Origin: Ophelia neglecta
Taxonomy: Eukaryota
Assembly: GCA_965285935.1 (NCBI GenBank)
Contig: OZ260663.1
Coordinates: forward strand, 45,632,001-45,696,000
DNA: 64,000 bases
Reading direction: 5' to 3'
In this document: positions 41,001-52,139 of the stretch, piece by piece
Position numbering within the stretch: the stretch's first letter is position 1
Layout of the letters: each line of letters opens with the position of its first letter
Made by a program: the position numbers and the translations under genes
The notes under the pieces: generated by a model
What the model was told of the DNA's origin: nothing
The model's input: the letters and a program-made list of their open reading frames with translations, nothing else
Database searches by the model: none

Positions 41001-43359
41001 AAATTCTATACGTGCCACTTCCGGTAGTCTAGAATGTAAACAAATTAGTAAAATCACCAGAATGTTCTATTTGTACTACAATTTTTCAAAGAACTGTCAC
41101 ATACTGGGGATAATAACCATCGTGAGAGGTTCCAAGGCTTAAATTGTTTGCGTGGACAGTAAAAAACGTGGAGATCATAATTATGGACACTGGTTTGTCC
41201 AAAGTACCCGTCGAAATCATGTGGATCAATGCCAAGGGTCTTGAAATACAATGTCATTTCCACGGAATGAAGGCATTTATATCCACAGAGATATCAAAGC
41301 ACAGTTTTGCAGCTTTAAATCCCGCAGTTTACTGCTTGCATGCAGTGGATCTATGCGCCCCAATTACCCAGCATCCAATGCCGGACTCGCCGCCTCTTTT
41401 GTTCAGCTACCCGCTCAATCAAACCTAGGATTAGTCCATGGACAGATTCTGAATCCGCACAACAAGCGCCGGTTCTTTGACAAATAACAGGTAAACCGCA
41501 TTTTAGCGGCGTTTGTTCGCCTCAAATTACGAAGTTCCGGAGTTCCGGTCTGAAATTGTTCTAGGCTGGTGGTTTATCCGCTAGATCTGACAGAATACGC
41601 TATGAAATAACCGGAATAACAAAATTAAACTATTATCGTAAATGTTGTTTTGAGTCAGTGAAAGACAGTATGCGAACAAACATTCGCGAGAAGTGAGCAA
41701 TGAAGAAAAAATTGCCCAGAATAGAATCTCAGGATAGTTTAATATATTATATAACTCTAAACATGGATATGTTTTATGCCCTCATTAATGTCCATGCAGC
41801 ATTATAATAGGGCATATAGTTATAGGTTTGTGACAAACAACCACGATACGATAAGTAATTTTAGCAAGCCAGCTCATAAATCGTGCAACTAACTGTATCT
41901 TACATAGTCCTATCCTTTAACTTAACGTCTTTAAAAAATATATACAAAAAAGTTTATGTTCAAATGGCAATTCGTTAATATCTCGATATTATCCGATTGC
42001 TGATTCATTTAGTATTATTTTGATATAAGGTAGTTAATTATTGATGGGAGAAAACAGAAGATGGGATCCCTAATTTTGGAGAAAAAAATTGTGCGGACTT
42101 CAAAATGCTACAGCAACCGCTTTCATTGGATTCGCTGCCATATCGGAGAAATGTCTTTCATCAGCTGTCCATACTGTGTCGGGAATGTGCTCAATACACA
42201 CAGGAAGCACTTGTTTGGCTTCCGGAAAGTCGATCTCGAATACGTTTTTTATCATATAATGTTCTTCTGACAATCACAGCAAAGTATACATGTGTAAATG
42301 TGTATGAAGGTCAAGGACATCATGATGGTGATTTTTTATATCGTGACAAACGTGAGTTTCATGTTTAAGTGACCTTTACTAGTCATATATTTGCCAACAG
42401 GCCTGCACTAAAAATCAAATCATTCTGTATGTGAATTAAATTCCAGATTGAAATAAAGATAATCAGGGATACAGCCTTATGTCTATAGGAGACGAAGTGA
42501 TTTTTGTAGAACGTTAGAAGAGAGATATTGCAATTGGTGTAAACATATCGCGAGTACTTTTTCGGTTTGAAGGTCCCCATGCGGAACTCCGTTTACAGGC
42601 ACTAGCCCTACCCAAGAGTAGCCGTCTTCAAATACAAATAGGCATACTACTAGTAATTTACACCCGGAGGGCTAGGAATGTTAGTATATTAAAGACCATG
42701 TCTCCAGCGTGTCGGTATATTACACACCCGGTCTTGATTTATTGCTTTATCACGTCCAGACTCTCATAAGTGTGAACTTTGAGTTGGGGACTTTCCATTT
42801 ATGGGACCTACTTAGTTTATACACCGGCATGTACATATACATGTATAGGCATATGCATGGTTGAAGGTCGGAGCAATTCCTGTAAGAAAATCTAGTATAA
42901 TGATACATGTAGGCATATATATATATATATATATATATATGCTATAAACTATAGGCATATTTGTACTTTGAAGGTAATCCCCTGCGCGGATGACCTGTGT
43001 TGGATCTCTCCGTATTAGTTGTGCCATTCTAACTAAAGATCTAAAACTGTTACCAAAGTAATAACACTCCATCGCTGAAATTCTCTATGGAAACACAGTG
43101 GGACTGTTTAAAAAACCAATAAGCGGATTTTAGAAGTTGTCATGGACATATTAATTTTAGGTTTATTCCTTTGTACCTGCCTACATGGCTTTTCGGAAGA
43201 CTTCTGAAAGGATTAATTGCAATTTTTCACCTTTTTGCAAGGTGGTCGTGAATGTTACATGGCCTAATGTAATCAATATCAAAAGCGGCAAATTCACAAG
43301 CCCCCACATCATTTGTACTACTATAATTGTCAACTAAGGGAAACTGCACAAGGCAGGGT

Positions 43360-43780
43360 GATTCCATATAAGTTCGCACTACCTTGTGCCTAATCGGCAG
43401 ATTATTTATTGAAATTACTATCGTATTTTTAAAAGCAAATATTAGATATCTGCACATCAGTATGATGGCAATAAGCTATTGAAGGCTATTCTATGTAGGC
43501 AATAGTTCGCGCAGTCTCGGGTAAGTTCGCGCACTCATCCTTGTAAGTTTGCTCATCATTAAAAGTGTCCTGCTGCAACTTTTAAACTTTAAAAAAGGGA
43601 ATAAAATGGCACAAAATCCCCACTCAGCTAGAAGTTAATGTGTCTACCTATTCTCTAACCTACAGTCTCATAAAAAATAACCTTGATTCCCAAATGCTAG
43701 CAAAATGACCGGGTTAGTTCGCGCAGTCTCCGTGTTAGTTCCCTCAATAGGGCCGTGTAAATTCGCGCGCACATGGTTAA
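43360..43780 (+). repeat. Cluster of AGTTCGCGCA motifs, probably subterminal repeats of a decayed DNA transposon
   Basis: taagttcgcac, tagttcgcgcagtctc, taagttcgcgcactc, tagttcgcgcagtctc, aattcgcgcgcac. Related inverted gcgaagttag motifs occur at ~39880-40290. Confidence 0.45.
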
Positions 43781-46648
43781 ATAGCTTTTAAATTGAATGG
43801 ACGAAATCCCTTCACTCGAACACTGGTGAGCAGAATGGTATAAGGATCAGCATATATAACTAATCTCACATAAACTGTTAAGTGTTATCTAATACTTACA
43901 CCTAATCCCCCCAAAAAACCGAAACGGAATTTATTTTAATAAGTGCTATGTAATAAATTAAACGAGTCAAACATATAGACCTAGAATCGTGCTTAAACGA
44001 TCTCGTGCATGAAATTCGGCATGCACCATGTTGGCCTATCCAATTTTCCGAATTTTTTTCGAAACTCACAAATCATATCTTACAGGTCAGAGGAGATATC
44101 ACGACTTAATTGACGATTATAAGCTTCAAATGGTTGAAGTGGCGACTAACACACTAAATTATTTGATAAACTACATACACTGTATACTCTGTTGTGGATA
44201 GGGACCCATCCTAATACCAAGTTATGTATTTCTGCGTATAAACTGGTTCTGAAAGTATAGTATCATAATGACTAGAATTTGGCCAAAAAAAAGGCCGATT
44301 TCGGGGACAATCGATGTTGCCTCCTTAAATTACTTCGAAGAAGCAAATCTTATCATTGGAATTGGTGTCCGCATGGGAGGCTACTATACTCGCAATTAAT
44401 CGCTACACCTATCTGATTGCAAAATTAAATATACATGATTCAGTAGTACACAGGAGACAGCACATGTGCCATGGTCTAACCTGCCAACACTTGCATCTTG
44501 AAATAAGGATATATAGAAACTATTTTTTTTCAATCACAACATTCCTGTTCTGTAATATAGACCCGAGACGACAATTTGCCTGTCTAGAAGCGGATATCCT
44601 TTCTAGCAGTAATTATGTTCATGACGGCGGCCTAAATGAAATTGCCAATTTGTCAGATTCTAAATGCACGAATGTTTATTCAGTTACTATATTAACTGCC
44701 ACAATATTCCTTATGGTGCTAAGCATATTGCATATGAGACTCCCGAAGTTAAAATCCCACAAGGAATATAAAAGGCTTGACTTTTTGGTAAGACCTAACT
44801 AAACAATATAGCCTATATGAATAGGTGTAAAAGCAATTTGTAGGCCTGTAGCCTGTATACGTAGCCGGGATAGTCTGTCAGTGAAAAAGTAAAATGGTGC
44901 GAATGTACCCCTCGGCATCTACGTATGTGCATACGGCATCTACTACATTTCCGATTCCCTTCACATTCAAACACTCAATTCTGGAGTGTAAATCAAACAT
45001 AGATTTGGATCTACTTTTTGTCGAATGTTTATCAAAAACGAATAAATTGAATATGAAGCAGGCGAATGTGCGTGCAGATAGGACTTCTGATATAAGAAAC
45101 ATGATTGCAAACTATATTTCTGAATTCAGTCCTTTAACTGCATAGGTGTATGACTATAATAATGGTTAGCTGAAGAGCAGTTTTGAAGTAATAAATAGAT
45201 CTGAGCCTGTAATTACAACCTCATATCAGAGTCTGTACCTGTAGTGGGGTGCCCTTTAGCAGAAAGCGATTGCTCGGTAATATGCATTAACCATTCGCAG
45301 GGGACATCAAGGGTGCCTGCTTTGCGATGCTACTATCACGCTCTGAGCATGTTTTTACCTAAAGAAGTTGATGCTACAACCTATTAATTTGCCTCCTTAC
45401 GCCTATTCTACCCATGCACACACCCCTGATTGCTTGGAATACCATTGCACATTTAAGGTCCTGTTATGATTATAGAGCGATATTTTTCCGGTAGCAGAAA
45501 AGAACCCCATCAATTTCCACACAGTGACGAGGGTAACAAGTAATCTTCTCGTTTGTCAATTTGAGCTCCGGGAGAGTTCATGAGCCATAAGCTAATAATG
45601 CAAGTCACGAAGTATCCAGATCTGCTAGTGACGTAAAATCTTTAGGAGATCAGCTCTGACGAACCCGCCGCCCAAGTGTATCCGAACCTCTGTCAGTAGT
45701 GCTGCCGGCTTCACTGTTACAGGTTTTAGTTTTCGAGGAGGTCGGTGATCACAAAACAACTCCAAGCCACTTGAAATTGAGAACCCCACCCCCTCCCTTA
45801 AAGGGTCAACCTCTTACTTGGACTACTGGCCAAAGAGGGCGACCCAAGGAGTGTCAATTTCGAGGCGTCGGACTCGGATTATGATGCGAATAGTTTCTTT
45901 TCAATTGGTTGGGCTTTACCAGTGAAAGTGGGCAGCAAAGCTTCGAGCAAATGCCTTCTGATAGTGATTCTGTCAGCTCTAGAGGTCGCCGATCTTACGG
46001 TTTAAATTGCTTGTCGAATGCGACTGCCAGCATGTATCGACCGAACCCAAACGGGGAAGGTTAAACTTCACAGACCAACGATACTCTGAGATAGCGCCCT
46101 TGAAATAATTTACGATTTAATAGTTCAATAGATTTCGTCATGAAGATTTCAGTGACTATAATATTCCTGGATGACACAGCCACCGGCATTCTGTTTGTTT
46201 GTTCCAATGGGTTTACATTTTCTCCTCAGAAATGTTAGACCTATGTAGGCATATAACCTATGTAGGCCTAGGCCTATAAATAACAATGTTTTCCCCACAC
46301 TAAACATTATTTTACAAAACATTACAAACATTTATCACACTACACCTTAGTCGCAACATATTAAGCCATGAACAGTTAGAAATTAAAACGAAACCAAATT
46401 GGTAAGAATAAATTATACAAAATAAACATTATTATGACTATTACAAAAGTATATACCAAATAAAATGTGGTTGAATTATAAATTGGCAAATTCCAAAACA
46501 AGATGCAATATTTTAATAAACGATAAATGTATGAACAGATGTATGGAAACAGTGAAAGCGGATCATGACGGCACAATGTGATCATAACACTACCGATGGC
46601 CTAACCCTTATCATGCTCCTATAACACATCTTATTGACAATTGCCAAT

Positions 46649-46770
46649 AACCTGAAAGTTTGGAGTAATGTGTCTAAATGTATGTAATTCTTTCATTGTT
46701 CTCTTTCCTTGATAGTGCCGGCCATATTATGTTACTTTGTGACACATCCATACAAAACATGGCATTGGCA
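46649..46770 (-). mobile_element. Partial inverted copy of the CCTGAAAGTTTGGA-TIR MITE
   Basis: aacctgaaagtttggagtaatgtgtc...tttcattgttctc... is the reverse complement of the ~13620-13733 segment. Confidence 0.65.
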
Positions 46771-49700
46771 TTATGACTGTTTGAAACAAATTGCCTGAAC
46801 TAATCCATTGTCAAGTTATTTGCACCTGTGCTTTGCAATGAATTCGATGTACCACCTTTCCAATGGATTGTAAATATCAATTTGTAACGTTATGCTCCTG
46901 TTTAACTCCTGTGCGAGCGGAGGTATGTCGATAATTTAAAATAATGAAAGATACATACCCCCCCCCCTCCCCTCCACGCTTTTCAATCTCACCATAATGA
47001 TATACGATTAACACCAACATACATTGCATCACATACGAGGAAAATATGATTAAATGTGTTCAAAAAGCGCTGTACACAAATAATAACACTATCTACACTG
47101 CATCCAATTACCGCTGAGCTAGCCTCCCGCCATGCAGACCGCGGACCCACGCCGTCACCGAAACGCCCTCACCGCTGCTTAAGGAACCAGCAGACACCCG
47201 GCAAACGGTACTACCGCCGGAACGTCCAGCTCAAACAAATCACATTTTTCTCTAAGCAAGAGGCTTGTATATAAAGCACCTGACAAAAACAGTTAATTTC
47301 AGAATATTCGAGTCTTTAGGGTTTTTTTTCTTCAAATGTGTATCATTTTGGGAAAAGGTTAACATTTAAGCCGGTAGGGCAAAAACTTGCCTTTAAAAAA
47401 ATCTCGGCATCATGTAAAATAGCTCATCATTCAAATGTAGGCCTATCTGAAATACTCTTCCAACATTAGACCTCATCAGGTGGTTTATAACACCCAAAAA
47501 CACTCCCGATTTGCTACATTAGACAAAATAACGTTTAATATAGTATCTTTTTCATCACAAAATGAAAATATGATTGTATTCACTAATTTCCACATAGGCC
47601 TAATAACTTTTACCTAAAGGGGAATATCAGATGGAATTCTTAGTACAGGAAACAATGAAGATTACGACCAAACGACCAATCCACCAGCCCTTTGTAACAG
47701 GTTTGGTTTGTTTGTTTGATAGAGAAAAAGAGCCAGTATAGAATGTTTTTAGAAGACAACTGTGTTAGCCAACCCTTCACTCGAGTGCTGGAATCCTGGC
47801 ATGGTACGACAATAATACTAAATGTCACCTTTCAATACAAACCCCCAAAAAGAGTTGTTCGCTTTTTAACACACGACCGTCCTATATTTTATAGATGCAA
47901 TGATATGGGTACACAGCTTGTACTTATAGGTAGAGGCGTCAAATATAAAGAAACCACTTTACAGCCAGGCGAGATCAAAAGATAAGGGTTGATCTACTTT
48001 CAGCACGAACTTAACATCATTTGGTTGATTCATTATACTGAAAGGCGATCAGGTGAATGTTTGTTTTTATGGATAAAAAAGATTATTGGCTAATTGGTCC
48101 ATACAAGCCTATAAATTAAATTAACTGCATGGTTACAACAACACAAGTTGTTACTTAGGGTACTCTTTCCCCAAACAAATACATGCGTCTCGTTAGAAAT
48201 TGTACAATCAGACTCTGTTATAGGTTTATAAAGTCTGATAACACATAAGAACCTACCGTCTTTGCAAAGATTTCTCATTTTCTCCATCTCTATAGAAATG
48301 CATACTTTCTCCAAAATCACGACGAGACATATTCAGAAAGTATATTGAGGACCAATAGGTTACAAAGAGCACAAGACATAGACTAGAACCCTCGTACGTA
48401 CAATAATTGTTAAGTTTGCATTGTCTGAAATTAAAAGCTTTTGGCTGGTATAAGTGCACCTATACCGATTTGGAAAAGCTGGCAATCATGTCAATTGAAA
48501 ACCGTCATAATATAATTGCGTTCTGTTTATTTGTTAATAAATGGGTTTATCTTTCTGGTCGATGAAAAAAGGCAGCGAGCTCTCTGAAAGGTTCCAGGAT
48601 GAATCTATACTTTTGGGGAAACTTGACATTTTCCAATTTTACTGTAGCACGGTGATTAAATTACCACTTAGAATCTGTTTAGATTTCCATTTCCATGTCG
48701 TGCTTGCCACATATTCAATTGAATTACCACCCCTATCTTCAATTGGTATCATAAGAAACAGACAAAAAGTCACACGAAACATCTATTGCAATAACATGAG
48801 TGTTTCCACACAGTGTCCTTCGTTCGAAAAGCCTCTCATGCGCAGAAAGGGACCACGGTCGTGTCTGCGCTGACAACGTATCTAATAGCTTTTGGTTATT
48901 ATTTTCTATTTTTTTAGAAGGAATAAATTTGATCTGCCCAAATTATTCCATTATCGGAAACAAACTGAGCGAGGAAAAAAGGACAGCACTGAACGAAGCA
49001 GGATGGCGGCCGGAAGTGAACGTCAATGTACCGCTCTCGACTAGTCCGGGAGCCAGGAGCTCTGACCGCACCAACTTTTAATCCACTTCCTATTTACATT
49101 CATCCGGGCTTTTTTATTATTGTAGTTGCAGGTCAGTGTGTAAAAGGAATAATAACAAGCACCAAACGTCATATTTTCTAAGGATGACCCTCGGAGCTTT
49201 GATTCAGACCTAAGAATGGTTCTAGAAGATAATGAGACACTGAAGGATAGACATATATCGTCGGTGAGCCATTATCTGGGCGCTGTCACACACATAAGTC
49301 TTGCCTGTCCCGGTAATGGCCCGTTCGCATGCAATTACTGCTAGCTACCAACACCTAGTAGTTAGAAAATGTTTCCTTTTGACAGATATTACAGAGAATA
49401 ATTCAAGTTTATTTATAGGACTAGGCTGTCAACGCCACAAGAGCTACTGCATGCTGAAAAAGGCATGTTTCTATCTTGATGAGCAGGATAGGCCTATGGA
49501 AGACTACGCGAGAATCTGCCTGACTGATTACAGCGCGCCATGCGGTGAAGTTGTAGTTCATCTCTAAGCCTAGACAGGGATACGGATCACCTCAATGAAG
49601 CTGTGAGTCAGTGTTGTTTTACACCAAGTATTGACAGCTGGTAATTAGCAATTAATCAACAGATACAGCTTAATGTTCTCTATGGTCTTCACGCTGACGG

Positions 49701-50016
49701 AGGCTCGCAATGAGCTACCAGCTGGATATGATTTATGAGGGTTTCATAAAGCCGACAGATCGCGACGTGTTAGATGTAGCGCGAAGTCGGGCGTGCAAAT
49801 GAAATTTGTTATTTTATTATTTTATCTTTCTTGTAAGATATGGGGTAAGCCACAGGGAGGTTGGAGAAAGGCCTCAGCTAAGTCGGACGTATCACATAAA
49901 CGCCTATACAAATATCTAGAGTCAGACACATCCATGCCTTGGCGAGGTGTTGGAAAATATAAACTGTGTCGGAGAAGTTGTTGGACAAAACAAACAAAAT
50001 AGGTGTTGTTTATTAC

Positions 50017-50856
50017 CTGTATACGAGAGTTGGAGCTGGCCGATTTCTTCTTGGACACTGAGCCGTTACTGGTTGGGGCCTTGCCGGGGGTCGAAGGGAT
50101 CGTGGAGGTGTACAAGATCCTAGCGATCAGTCCATACAGCACACAAGTCAGAATCAGAGGAGCCACGTAAAATATCATCAGGTCGGCCATGTAGTAGGTG
50201 ACATAGTTTTTCCGGTCCAGTTTATAAGTACAAGACTTGATTTTGGTACCGTCCCGGAAGGTTTTTGGTACTGCGGTGGTGAGGAATAACCAAGGCACAC
50301 AGTAGCAGATACCAAAAACCCAGAGGACGGCGATGATGCGTTTGGCCCGCCTTACAGTACACATGGTCTGGGCCCTCATCGGATGGCAGATAGCGATGTA
50401 GCGTTCGACGGTGAAGGCGGTGATGCTAAGACTCGATACATTGACGCCGAGGTACTGGGTAAACACCATGATGGAACAGCCGACATGACCCAGAATGCAC
50501 TGATCAATTATCAAAAAGAACTCAATAATGGTGGGTAAAGGGGCCGACACCAAGAGTAGTATATCAGCGATGGCGAGGGACACCAGGTAGCAGTTGGTTG
50601 TTGTGTGCATGGTCCGGGTCCGAGACACTACTATTACCACCATCACATTGCCGACAAAGCCGACCACGAAAATGATGGAGACAAACAAGCAGCCGATCAC
50701 GCGATAGGGTAGGGTGAAATACGTGGGCATTCTATCCATAGTGTCATTCCTAGTGATATTGGCGCCCTCTGTCAATGATAAGTTATAGGGTACGAGGTGG
50801 TCATTATCAGAACCGTCCGAGGGCACCATTCCAATCATACTCTCAGTCGTATCCAT
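50017..50856 (-). CDS. TRHR: TRH receptor-like GPCR, coding exon 1 (N-terminus, TM1-TM5, ICL3; 280 codons)
   Basis: ATG at 50856 in strong context (ATCATGG), with an in-frame upstream TAA at 50874-50872. Class A motifs: GNxxV, TNCYLVSLAIAD, QYLGVNVSSLSITAFTVERYIAICHP (TRHR TM3 signature), ECL2 SCTYKL, TM5 FYVAPL. N-glycosylation sequons NLS/NIT/NDT. Donor CAG|GTAATA at 50017/50016; 840 nt gives phase 0. Confidence 0.95.
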
Positions 50857-51326
50857 GATGACAAATAACCCTTAGGAGCAGGCGATTTTCTTGTGATTTC
50901 AAAGGGAAGTCACTTGTGCCTTAGCAATACTATAAATTCTCTTACGGTAGTATATATCGACTGATAGTTTGCCCCTGATAGAAAGGCTATTATCCTGTCC
51001 GTTTCAGATGAAACACTATTGTTATGTCATTTTCTATCCATTTCTGGCTTCAGTTTCAATATTCAGTTGTGATGCGTTGTTAAATGTCTGTTGTCGTCTG
51101 CACTGATTGTGGCGCTGACTGTTTTGTGCCTGTCAAGAAGCTTTCCCGCTCAAAATTAAAGTGTATGAAAAGATAAAGTTCGGAAAAGAAAATCTATTTC
51201 ATCTAAAGCTTTTCCGTCTGTCAGACTATCGCCACTTAGCGCAGTTCTCCGTCATAAATCTAATGATCTACCCTTGAGGTTGGATCAGAGTTTCTCCCTT
51301 TATGTAGTCTGATAAGCTTGTTTGAG

Positions 51327-51428
51327 CTGAAATGGAATCAAAGACGGTGATTTATAGTGTACCAGCACTTCTCCGCAGAATAGTAAGGTCTATTTATCTG
51401 GCATAATGCAAACGACAAACAAACTTAC
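51327..51428 (-). other. Putative 102-bp intron in the TRHR 5' UTR
   Basis: Strong donor GGG|GTAAGTTT at 51428 and acceptor tctttgattccatttcag| at 51327. An alternative acceptor cctttctatcag| lies at 50975. Confidence 0.45.
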
Positions 51429-51818
51429 CCCAACTTTCAGGCATAGAATATTAGCGAATCGCCATAGAACACATATACAATCCATCAAAGCCAGGGATCA
51501 GCGGCATTGGCGTGCTATCTTGTTTTGGGCCACACAATCACTGTGCAGGAAATGCAAATGTAGTCTGCCACTTCTGCTGCCGACAAATAGACTGCAGTCT
51601 GTGGTAGCCACGAGCTGCCTTGCGCCAGTGTTTGGCTCGAGCAGTGGATTTGTTGCAATTTGCCGCACCTGGTGTCAAAGAATGCTTGACGGGAGAAGAG
51701 ATCAACGGTCCCTCGCTTCAAAGTTAACTCTTGCCGGTGTTTTGCTGCGCTGTACCGTACAGCAAGTGGTGCACCGTGAGCAGTGTCTTATGGCGCCGTT
51801 CCCACACAGCCCTCCAGT

Positions 51819-51862
51819 AATGTGACGCGTGTTCATCTGTGTCCACAAGCAAGCTTTAAATA
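51819..51862 (-). promoter_or_regulatory. Putative TRHR core promoter (TATA-like TATTTAAA, Inr-like TCACATT)
   Basis: TATTTAAA at 51862-51855 and TCACATT at 51825-51819, upstream of a GC-richer leader. Spacing (~39 nt) is longer than canonical. Confidence 0.25.
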
Positions 51863-51963
51863 CGTTTTCGGGGAGTAAATCTAAACCAAATCAGCCAAAT
51901 ACAATAAAATCTCCTCACTTTCTCCTACCTGCAGTTCTGATGATGGTCGCTGGAACGTCGAAT

Positions 51964-52139
51964 CAGGGCCGTAGGAACCATAGCGGCTCTACCGGCCATG
52001 ACCGCACCACTTTTTGTCCAAATCAAGCCTAAATTTTGCTGAGGGGGGGGGGGGGGTCTCTGGGGCGCACTTTATTTACTCACGCTCGTGGTGATATGGG
52101 ATCAGCCGCACCACTTTAAAATACCTTCCTACGGCCCTG
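51964..52139. mobile_element. hAT-like MITE (176 bp), perfect 14-bp TIRs, 5-bp TSD CGAAT
   Basis: CGAAT|CAGGGCCGTAGGAA...TTCCTACGGCCCTG|CGAAT. Internal direct repeat CCGCACCACTTT x2 and a poly-G tract. Confidence 0.9.

Larger units (their letters stand above)
1885..50016 (-). other. 48,132-bp phase-0 GT-AG intron of TRHR, at the end of ICL3
   Basis: GTAATA donor at 50016; polypyrimidine tract plus CAG acceptor at 1885. The join gives continuous SNSRIQ|VIKMLAIVV with no TM segment missing. Confidence 0.9.

Noticed and set aside
1885-50016. Recursive splice sites in the long intron
   Set aside because: No minus-strand polypyrimidine-AG|GTRAG found by eye. CAG|GTAAGT at ~28280 lacks a pyrimidine tract.
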